A DNA stretch of 51,478 nucleotides, taken from positions 1-51,478 of IMG/VR virus record IMGVR_UViG_3300008255_000167. One strand, 5' to 3'. Positions 35,835 to 44,090 of this stretch are shown one piece after another (position 1 is the stretch's first letter; every line of letters begins with the position of its first letter). A program made the translations under genes and the position numbers. The stretch comes from a virus (lineage: Duplodnaviria > Caudoviricetes). The notes under the pieces were generated by a model that was given only the letters and a program-made list of their open reading frames with translations, was not told the DNA's origin and searched no databases.

Positions 35835-38800
35835 ATGGCTCGACTAGATCCCGAAGAGGGTTTTAAGATCCTCAAAGACCGGGTGGCAGAGTCTGTGAAG
35901 GAAGTCTTCCCCATCGAGGGTGCGAAGCACACGCTTCGGATAAAAGACGTTCGGATCAACGACAACAAAGACATCGAGGATTTGCGTTCGCAGAAGAAGG
36001 CCCGCATGGATGGGACCACTTGGTCCGTACCTGTCGAGGCTGACATGGAACTCGTCGATACCAAGACCGGCGAAGTTGTCGACACGCGAACTCAAAGAAT
36101 CATGAGTCTGCCGAAGGTGACGAGTCGGCACTCCTACATCGTGGGTGGTCACGAGTATCAGCTCGACAACCAGTGGAGACTGAAGCCAGGTCCCTACTCC
36201 CGCGTCAATCAGCGCGGTGAGTTCGAGACGATGTTCAACCTTAAGGGTCGATCCAAGTTCGACGTGAACTTCGATCCTAAGACGGCTCAGTTTGTTCTCA
36301 AGAAAGACAACTCTCAGATCCCCCTCTACCCCATTCTTCGGGAGATGGGTGTGTCTGATGAGCAGCTTGAGAAAGGCTGGGGCAAGGACATCCTCGACAA
36401 GAATCGAGTGAAGGATTCTGAGAAAGCGTTGTCCCAGTTCTACCGGGCAGGAAACAAGGCCAAGCCAGCCGACGTGAAAGAGGCTCGAGCGTATCTCGAG
36501 GACTTCATGGCTGGAGCGAAAATGGATCCAGAGGTCGCAAAACTGACCATCGGCGCAGCGCACGATACAGTCAAGGGTGACTCCATCCTGATGGCCTCCA
36601 ACAAGCTGCTTGGTATCAGTCGCGGAGATCAAAAGCCCGATGCTCGAGACAGTCTGATGTTCAAGACCTTCCACTCCGCAGAGGACTTCATCGGGGAAGC
36701 CATCAGGGACAGGTCGAAGGAGATCACCCGTCGTATCGGGAACAACTTGAACCGCAAGAAGAAGGTGTCCGACATCATCGGCACCGACGTGTTCAACCGT
36801 CCCATCCAGCATATGTTCACCAAGACCACGTTGTCGAACAGCCCGGACCAGACCAACCCTCTCGAGATGGTCTCTGGTGCAATGAAGACAACCATCATGG
36901 GAGAGGGTGGCATCAAGAGCGAGCACAAGATTACTCAGGATGCGAAGCTCATCGACCCGAGTCATTTAGGGTTTCTAGATCCAATCCACACACCAGAGGG
37001 TGGAAAGACCGGCGTCACCCTTCATCTCCCCATGGGGGCCACGAAGAAGGGAAACAAGGTCACGGTGAAGATGTGGAGTGTCAAGACTGGGAAGATGGAA
37101 GATGTAGATCCAGCCGTCGCCTACCACTCCAACATCGTCCTGCCCGACCAGGTGAAGTGGGATAAGGGTGTCCCAACTCCGATCAGCAAGAAGATCAAGT
37201 TCAGTGGGCCAGAGAACGACGTCGTAGAAGGGAAGCTGGCAGACGCTGACTACGTGATGGCTGCTCCTGCTCAGCTCTTCTCCGTCGCATCCAACTTGAT
37301 CCCCTTCATGCAGAACACTTCTGCCAACCGTTCTACGATGGCTGGCCGCCACATGGAACAGGCCATTCCACTGAAGCATCGTGAGAAGCCTCTGGTGGAG
37401 ACGGTCATCTCGAGTGGGAAGAAGGAGACGAGTGTCGGGGAGTTCTTGGGCCGCATCAATGCTCACCGAGCTCCTGTAGCGGGGGAGGTCGTGAAGATCA
37501 CCAGTGATGCCATCACGGTGAAGGGAGCAGACGGGAAGAAGAAAGAGGTCCAGATCTACGACAACTTTCCTCTGAACGACGACAAAGGGTTTATGAACTC
37601 CGAGCCCACCGTGAAGGTGGGGGACAAGGTCAAGGCGGGTCAGAACATCGCAGACACCAACTTCACCAAGGACGGTGGGTTGGCTCTCGGTACGAACCTC
37701 CGTGCAGCCTACACAGCTTGGAAGGGGTACAACTTCGAGGACGGTGTGGTGATCAGCCAGAGTGCTGCGCAGAAGTTGACCAGCGAGCACATGCATCGCA
37801 AGGGAGTAGATCTGACACCCGAGCACAAGCTGGAGAAGAAGAGGTTCATGGCTGAGTACGGCCACGAGCTGACCAAAGAACAGATGGAGAAGCTCGACGA
37901 CAACGGGGTGATCAAGCCTGGTTCCATCGTTAAGCCTGGTGATGTGCTCGTGGCTGCTCTACGCAAGAGAGAGCACACTGACGAGACCCGGATGATGGCA
38001 CGGATGCACAAGTCCCTTGTCCGTCCGTACGACGATGTCTCTGTTCGATGGGAGGGAGATCATCCCGGCGTCGTGGCGAACATCGTCAACCGTGGTAAGC
38101 GGGCTGAGGTTCATGTTAAGACAGAGGAGCCCGCAGAGATTGGAGACAAGCTGGCTGGTCGCCATGGTAACAAGGGCATCATCACGAAGATCGTTCCAGA
38201 TCATGAGATGCCTACAACCAAGGACGGGAAAACGACGCAGATTTTGCTCAACCCTTCCGGCATTCCAGGTCGTCTCAACTTGGGTCAGGTATTGGAAACG
38301 TCTGCTGGGAAGATCGCGGAGAAGACGGGCAAGCAGTACCGCACCCAGAATTTCGATGGGTCGGAAGATCAGACGGACAAGCTCCAGAAGGAACTCAAAG
38401 CAAACGGCATCGAGGACAAAGAAGACATCTTCGATCCCACGACTGGGAAGAAGCTAGGACAGGTACTCGTCGGACCCCAGTACATCCAGAAGCTCAAGCA
38501 CCAGGTGGGGAAGAAGCTGATTGCTCGAGCAGGTGGTCCTGGCTACGCCTACGATGTCAACCGGATCCCCAAGGGTGGCGGTCCCCACGGAGCTCAGGCA
38601 CTAGACACACTCGGCGTCTACGCCATGCTGGCCCATGGCGCCAACGCCAACATCCGGGAGATGCAGACCTACAAGAGCAACGCAGAGAACAACGACGATC
38701 TCTGGTCTGCTATCCAGTCTGGTGAGCCCCTACCTCCCCCGCGTCCTTCTTTTGCCTACAACAAGTTCGTCGGCATGCTCAAGTCCATCGGAGTGAACAC

Positions 38801-41800
38801 TGTCAAGGAGGGGAACACTCTTCGTCTCCAGCCTCTCACGGACAAGCAGGTCCTAGAGATGAGCAATGGGGAGATCAAAGACGGTGGGCGCATGGTGATC
38901 TCCAAGACGATGAAGGAAGAGAAGAACGGTATCTTCGATCCTACAATCACGGGAGGACTGAACGGGAACAAGTGGTCCCACATCAAGTTGCCCGAACCTA
39001 TGCCGAACCCGATGTTCGAGAAGGCCATCGTTGGCGTCACTGGCATCGCGCAGAAAGACTTCAATGCCTTGATGAGCGGGAGCAAGGGGTACGACCCCGC
39101 TACCAAGACGCTGGTTGACCCAGAGAAGGGCATCCCCGGGAACAAGGCGGTCCAACAGCTCTTGAAGAGCGTGGACGTGAAGAAAGATCTGTCTGCTGCT
39201 GAGGAGCAACTCAAGAACCCCAAGCTGAAAGGGACCGAGCTAAACAAGGTCCACAGTCGGGTCAAGTACCTGCGAGCTCTGGACAAGCTGGACATGTCCC
39301 CCGAGGAAGCCTACATGCAGCGTCATGTGGCGGTAACTCCACCAGCCATGCGACCCATGTTGGTCAGCCCAAATGGGAACTTGATCGAAGATGACGCCAA
39401 CCATCTGTACAAAGGTCTGTCGTTGATTTCCCAGCAGCTCAAGGGAGCCTCGAAGGCTCTGCCAGATGACATGCACAACGACAAGCGTGCGGCCATCTAC
39501 GAGGCTCTCCAATCCATGGCGGGTCTTGGTGGCAGTGGGAACGCCAAGTTCAGAGGGGTACTGGACATCATCAGAGGAAAGACCATCGACGCCGCTGGCA
39601 ACAAGTCTGGTAGTCCACGGGACGGGTTCTTCCAGTCCAAGCTGATCAAGCGCAAGCAAGACTTCTCCATGCGTTCCACCATCATCCCGGAGCCGGAGCT
39701 CGGGTTGGATCAAGTCGGCATCCCGCGCAAGGCAGCCATGGAGTTGTACAAGCCATTCGTGGTGCAGGAGATGCGTGGGTTCGCGCAGATGTCGCCTCTG
39801 AAGGCACAGCAGGCCATCAAGGATGGTGACCCCCTGGCCATGCGAGCACTGGAGAGAGTTGTATCCCAGCGCCCGCTATTGCTGAAGCGAGATCCAGTTC
39901 TACACAAGTACGGTGTTCAGGCGTTCCAGCCAGTGCTCACGGGTGGAAAGGCAATGAAGATCCACCCACTCGTCACCAGTGGGTACAACGCCGACTTCGA
40001 CGGCGATGCCATGTCTGCTTTCGTACCTCTGTCTACGGAGGCTGTGGAAGAAGCGAAGAAGATGTTCCCCTCGAACAATCTCTTTGCCCCCGCCACGGGA
40101 AAGATCATGTATGCCCCAACTCATGAGAGTCAGTTGGGCATCTACACGTTGACCGAGGCAGGGAAGAACTCGAGTAAGACCTTCGCCAATGTTGGGGAAG
40201 CTGCCAAGGCCGCTCAGAAGGGTACGATCGGAATGACGGACATTGTCCGCATCGGATCTAATAGGACATCCGTTGGTCGCTCCCTTGTAGCACAGGCACT
40301 GCCACCCAGTATGAGAGCAGATGTGTTGGCGGGGAAGATGACGTTGGATGGGGATGGGCAGAAAGCTCTTCTGACGCGCATCGGCAAAGAGCACAAGAAT
40401 GACTACGGAGAGATCGTCAACAAGCTGAAGGATCTCGGGAACGCGCACGCTACGAATGCGCCAGTCTCCATCGGTCTCGACGATATCTCTGCGGACAAGC
40501 GGGAAAGAAACCGGATCCTTCGAGCAGCGGACAAGCGAGTAGCAGCTATCAACAGTGGCACCGGTAAGGAGTCGGACAAGACAAAGAGAGTTGTGACCAC
40601 CTACGACCGCGCAGCAGAAGAGATGATCAAGTCCGTGAAGGAGACTCATCTTGGTAAGCCCAGCTCGTTGGTCACCATGATGAAGGCCGGTGTCAAACCA
40701 AACATGGATGCGTACCGTCAGATCAAGATGGCACCCATGCTGATGATGAACGCCAAGGGAGAGGTCATCCCTCACCCTGTGCGCAGGTCCTACTCGGAAG
40801 GTCTAGATCTTGGTGACTACTGGACGCAGATGTCCGGTGCCCGCAAGGGCATCGTCCAGAAAGTCCAGTCAGTCCAGGAGCCGGGGTATCTCACCAAGCA
40901 GGTCATGAACTCTGTGATGAGTAACTCCATCGCTGAAGCGGACTGCGGTACCACCAAGGGGATCAGCCTGCCAGTAGATGAGAAGGACATCATGGATCGA
41001 TACCTAGCCTCGTCCGTCAAGGCTGGGAAGCAGACCTTCGCGGCTGGTACTTTGATCACTCCTGGAGTCCGAGATAGCCTACGCAACAACAAAGTCGGTC
41101 GTGTCGTCGTTCGATCTCCCTTGCGGTGTGAGCACGGCACAGGCATGTGTGCCAAGTGCTACGGTCTGGACGAGGAGGGGAAAGATCCTCCTACCGGCAT
41201 GAATGTGGGCATCATCAGTGGGCAAGCTATTGGTGAGCGGGCCACGCAGCTCTCGATGCGTACCTTCCACTCAGGTGGTACGGCTCCTGTTGGAGCCGCT
41301 GGTCGAGCCAACGCCCGCCTCACCGATGACTTTCGTCGCGTCCAAGAGCTCGTGCAGATGTATGGAAAGGTTCCGAACTCAGCCACGCTGAGCACGGTGT
41401 CTGGTGCAGTCACCTCCATCAAGCCCAACTCGTCTGGTGGTATGGACGTGACGATCGGAGACAAGACCCACTACGTTCCTCAGAGTCGCGGGGAGCCCTC
41501 CATCAATGTTGGGGGACGAGACGTGCGGCTGAAGAAGGGCATGACAGTGACGAAGGGATCTCCTATCTCTGGAGGTCCGGTCAACCCACATGAGATGCTT
41601 CCCTTGGCGGGCATCAACAAGGTACAAGGGTACTTGTCCGGTCAGCTCTATGACTTGTACAAAGGCGAGGGCATCCGGCGAAGAAACGTGGAGACCGTGG
41701 TCAAGAGCCTCACGAATCTCACTCATGTGAACGATCCAGGAGACCACGACGAGTATATTCGTGGTGACTTCGCCCCTACCTCCTACGTGCAAGCCACCAA

Positions 41801-42035
41801 CAAGAAGCTGGTCGCTGCTGGGAAGCAACCGATTCGCCATGCCCCAGTTCTGAAGGGTGTCAAGACCTTACCTCTGGACGTGCAGACGGATTGGCTGGCA
41901 AGATTGAACCATGAGCGTCAGAATGAGACGATCATTGACGCGGCGTCCAAGGGATGGACGAGCAACATTCACGGAGCGCACCCGATTCCAGCGATGGCCT
42001 ACGGTGCTGAGTTTGGGCGGAAGAAGCCTTACTGA
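35835..42035 (+). CDS. rpoBC: Single-chain DNA-directed RNA polymerase, fused beta and beta' subunits
   Basis: Beta motifs DQTNPL, TPEG, GYNFED, GDKLAGRHGNKG, LNPSGIPGRLNLGQ, QKLKH; beta' motifs PPAMRP, RDPVLH, YNADFDGD (39987-40007), GARKG, RSPLRC...CAKCYG, GERATQLSMRTFHSGG; AGGAG RBS before ATG 35835. Confidence 0.96.
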   Translation: MARLDPEEGFKILKDRVAESVKEVFPIEGAKHTLRIKDVRINDNKDIEDLRSQKKARMDGTTWSVPVEADMELVDTKTGEVVDTRTQRIMSLPKVTSRHSYIVGGHEYQLDNQWRLKPGPYSRVNQRGEFETMFNLKGRSKFDVNFDPKTAQFVLKKDNSQIPLYPILREMGVSDEQLEKGWGKDILDKNRVKDSEKALSQFYRAGNKAKPADVKEARAYLEDFMAGAKMDPEVAKLTIGAAHDTVKGDSILMASNKLLGISRGDQKPDARDSLMFKTFHSAEDFIGEAIRDRSKEITRRIGNNLNRKKKVSDIIGTDVFNRPIQHMFTKTTLSNSPDQTNPLEMVSGAMKTTIMGEGGIKSEHKITQDAKLIDPSHLGFLDPIHTPEGGKTGVTLHLPMGATKKGNKVTVKMWSVKTGKMEDVDPAVAYHSNIVLPDQVKWDKGVPTPISKKIKFSGPENDVVEGKLADADYVMAAPAQLFSVASNLIPFMQNTSANRSTMAGRHMEQAIPLKHREKPLVETVISSGKKETSVGEFLGRINAHRAPVAGEVVKITSDAITVKGADGKKKEVQIYDNFPLNDDKGFMNSEPTVKVGDKVKAGQNIADTNFTKDGGLALGTNLRAAYTAWKGYNFEDGVVISQSAAQKLTSEHMHRKGVDLTPEHKLEKKRFMAEYGHELTKEQMEKLDDNGVIKPGSIVKPGDVLVAALRKREHTDETRMMARMHKSLVRPYDDVSVRWEGDHPGVVANIVNRGKRAEVHVKTEEPAEIGDKLAGRHGNKGIITKIVPDHEMPTTKDGKTTQILLNPSGIPGRLNLGQVLETSAGKIAEKTGKQYRTQNFDGSEDQTDKLQKELKANGIEDKEDIFDPTTGKKLGQVLVGPQYIQKLKHQVGKKLIARAGGPGYAYDVNRIPKGGGPHGAQALDTLGVYAMLAHGANANIREMQTYKSNAENNDDLWSAIQSGEPLPPPRPSFAYNKFVGMLKSIGVNTVKEGNTLRLQPLTDKQVLEMSNGEIKDGGRMVISKTMKEEKNGIFDPTITGGLNGNKWSHIKLPEPMPNPMFEKAIVGVTGIAQKDFNALMSGSKGYDPATKTLVDPEKGIPGNKAVQQLLKSVDVKKDLSAAEEQLKNPKLKGTELNKVHSRVKYLRALDKLDMSPEEAYMQRHVAVTPPAMRPMLVSPNGNLIEDDANHLYKGLSLISQQLKGASKALPDDMHNDKRAAIYEALQSMAGLGGSGNAKFRGVLDIIRGKTIDAAGNKSGSPRDGFFQSKLIKRKQDFSMRSTIIPEPELGLDQVGIPRKAAMELYKPFVVQEMRGFAQMSPLKAQQAIKDGDPLAMRALERVVSQRPLLLKRDPVLHKYGVQAFQPVLTGGKAMKIHPLVTSGYNADFDGDAMSAFVPLSTEAVEEAKKMFPSNNLFAPATGKIMYAPTHESQLGIYTLTEAGKNSSKTFANVGEAAKAAQKGTIGMTDIVRIGSNRTSVGRSLVAQALPPSMRADVLAGKMTLDGDGQKALLTRIGKEHKNDYGEIVNKLKDLGNAHATNAPVSIGLDDISADKRERNRILRAADKRVAAINSGTGKESDKTKRVVTTYDRAAEEMIKSVKETHLGKPSSLVTMMKAGVKPNMDAYRQIKMAPMLMMNAKGEVIPHPVRRSYSEGLDLGDYWTQMSGARKGIVQKVQSVQEPGYLTKQVMNSVMSNSIAEADCGTTKGISLPVDEKDIMDRYLASSVKAGKQTFAAGTLITPGVRDSLRNNKVGRVVVRSPLRCEHGTGMCAKCYGLDEEGKDPPTGMNVGIISGQAIGERATQLSMRTFHSGGTAPVGAAGRANARLTDDFRRVQELVQMYGKVPNSATLSTVSGAVTSIKPNSSGGMDVTIGDKTHYVPQSRGEPSINVGGRDVRLKKGMTVTKGSPISGGPVNPHEMLPLAGINKVQGYLSGQLYDLYKGEGIRRRNVETVVKSLTNLTHVNDPGDHDEYIRGDFAPTSYVQATNKKLVAAGKQPIRHAPVLKGVKTLPLDVQTDWLARLNHERQNETIIDAASKGWTSNIHGAHPIPAMAYGAEFGRKKPY

Positions 42036-42043
42036 GAGGAACG

Positions 42044-42478
42044 ATGGACAACGAAACCTACATGACGAAGATGGCAAGTTCTTTCCTCGCAGAGCTCAGC
42101 GAGATCGAAAAGCAGTCATTCGACTTCGGAGCAGCCGCTCGAGGCGTCGGGTCGTTCTTTGGGAAAGGTGCTCGCCATATCAAGAGCGCCATTACTCAAA
42201 AGACTCCCATGGGCATGACGACGGCAGGCGGTCTCACCCGACGTGTTGGTGGTGAGGGGGCAGTTGCTGCCGGCGGTATTGGAAAACATATCAAGCAGAT
42301 CTATCAGCGGGGCGCTCAAGGAACGAGTGGTCTGGCTGGAGCGGCTGGTCCCATGATGCCCGGCATGACTCGGGGCGGTGGGGTCTTGGGTGGCTTGAAG
42401 CAAGTTGCTGGCTCTCGCTATGGCCGCATGGCTGCCGTGGGTGCCGTTCCCCTCGCTGCTGGGTATGCTCTCAGCTAA
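42044..42478 (+). CDS. Gly-rich basic protein with FLAELSEIEKQS leader
   Basis: Leader variant; Gly/Ala-rich amphipathic body. Confidence 0.7.
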   Translation: MDNETYMTKMASSFLAELSEIEKQSFDFGAAARGVGSFFGKGARHIKSAITQKTPMGMTTAGGLTRRVGGEGAVAAGGIGKHIKQIYQRGAQGTSGLAGAAGPMMPGMTRGGGVLGGLKQVAGSRYGRMAAVGAVPLAAGYALS

Positions 42479-43686
42479 TGACAGTAGCTGAGGCACAGAC
42501 AGACAATTCTCCGACCAAGTCTGATTTCGACTCCGCGTGGATCGAGAAAGGAACTGTGTCGGATGTTGATCTGAAGAACTGGACTGTGGACGTCGTCTCC
42601 GAATACACGGGGAAGGTGTGGCCACAGCTTCAGGTCGTCACCCCCTATTTTCACACGAACAATGGCGAGGGGATCTTCGCCATGCCAGAGATAGGGGCGT
42701 GTTGTCTCGTCTGTCTCCCGTCTGACGATGAGACTCCTTACATCCTCGGGTTCATCGGGTCGTTCGAGCTAGAGAATGCTCAGACAGCAAACCTCGACGA
42801 CAAAGCCGGTGAGGTCACCAATGAGACAGAGGAGCTGACCCCACCCAAGAGCTCTACTTCTCCCGGTGGACCAGAGGCAACTTCTGCTAGCGCCTCTGCT
42901 CGAGCCGGCAGACCCTACCTCAACCCTGGCGACATCATGATCAGGACCAGGGACCAGAACTTCCTGGTCCTACGTCGTGGTGGAGTTGTTCAGATCGGTG
43001 CTACGCCGACTTGCCAGACCATCTACGTTCCGATCCTCAACCACCTTCGTCAGTTCGCTGAGAACTTCGAGACGAGCACTCCAGGTGGACTGCTGACCTG
43101 GAGTGTCGACCGGGTGGAGAGCGACCCAGGTGGGGAGGCCCCCTGTCTGTATCGTCTGTCCCTTCGTGACAAGGCGCAGAACGAAAAGGCAGATGTGCAG
43201 ATCCGGATGGGGCACGTTGACGACTCGGTTCGCTACGAGCTCGAGGTAGCTCCCGTTGGGGTGAGTGTCAACGACGGGAAGGTCACGGGCAGCAAAGCAA
43301 AGATCACAGTAGATGTGTCCGGTAACCAGTCGGTCACGCTGTCTGGGTCTATGACGCAGACGATCTCCCAGAACAAGACTGTGGTGGTCCAGGGGAACGA
43401 GAGCGTCCAGGTATCGGGGTCTCAGGCGGTCAAGGCTGCATCCCAAGCAGTCGAGATCAGTGGTACTCACAGTTTGAAGGCCACCACTAGTACGGAGAAC
43501 ATCAGTGGTCTCAAGACGATCAGTGCGGCTCTGGTATCTATCGGTAAGGTTCCCGTCCCTACCGTCATTGGCCCAGCGTTGGTAGCCTGGCTGGCGGCTC
43601 ACACTCATGCTGCCTCGTTCACGCCTCCCAATGAAGTAGGAACTCTTCCTGCTGTTTTGTCGAAGACAGTGCTGGTGTCAGGATGA
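42478..43686 (+). CDS. Baseplate central spike (gp5/gpV-like)
   Basis: N-terminal OB-fold pattern (GTVSDVD...MPEIGA...YILGF), beta-strand repeats, C-terminal HTH (HxH) apex motif. Confidence 0.75.
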   Translation: MTVAEAQTDNSPTKSDFDSAWIEKGTVSDVDLKNWTVDVVSEYTGKVWPQLQVVTPYFHTNNGEGIFAMPEIGACCLVCLPSDDETPYILGFIGSFELENAQTANLDDKAGEVTNETEELTPPKSSTSPGGPEATSASASARAGRPYLNPGDIMIRTRDQNFLVLRRGGVVQIGATPTCQTIYVPILNHLRQFAENFETSTPGGLLTWSVDRVESDPGGEAPCLYRLSLRDKAQNEKADVQIRMGHVDDSVRYELEVAPVGVSVNDGKVTGSKAKITVDVSGNQSVTLSGSMTQTISQNKTVVVQGNESVQVSGSQAVKAASQAVEISGTHSLKATTSTENISGLKTISAALVSIGKVPVPTVIGPALVAWLAAHTHAASFTPPNEVGTLPAVLSKTVLVSG

Positions 43687-44036
43687 GGATCAGCAAGAAG
43701 GCACTAGAGAAGCTCCTGAAGAGACATCTCATGGAGCTGGTTCCCACTGCCGTTGATATCCCAAAAAAGGCGTCTACCTCCGTAGTGAATGGTGAGACGC
43801 GGGTCGTCTACGAGCGGGGTGACGTGTACATGTCCGAGCAGGAGGCCACTGCCATCGCCTCCTCCATAGCTGAGGCTTTGGAGCAAGAGGTGCTGTACCG
43901 GATAGAAGACGTGATCGTTGTCAAAGTCAACGAGGTGGTCCAGCAGTACAATCAGCTTTTGGCTGATGTCGAGCTATCCATATCCACAACGGCCATCCCT
44001 ATTCTGGGGATAGACGGTGTAGACGAACAAGTCTGA
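43683..44036 (+). CDS. Hypothetical protein
   Basis: ATGA-coupled to the spike gene. Confidence 0.65.
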   Translation: MRISKKALEKLLKRHLMELVPTAVDIPKKASTSVVNGETRVVYERGDVYMSEQEATAIASSIAEALEQEVLYRIEDVIVVKVNEVVQQYNQLLADVELSISTTAIPILGIDGVDEQV

Positions 44037-44040
44037 TCTG

Positions 44041-44069
44041 GTGACAAACCAGATTCCCCCATGTAGACT
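44041..44069 (+). promoter_or_regulatory. Sigma70-type promoter
   Basis: GTGACA-N17-TAGACT upstream of the AGGAGA RBS. Confidence 0.6.
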
Positions 44070-44090
44070 CCACTGTAGGAGATAAAGACG

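Noticed and set aside
35835-42035. Bacterial chromosomal rpoBC fusion (Helicobacter/Wolbachia type)
   Set aside because: Flanked by portal-like, spike and terminase genes rather than ribosomal protein genes; strongly reduced and divergent
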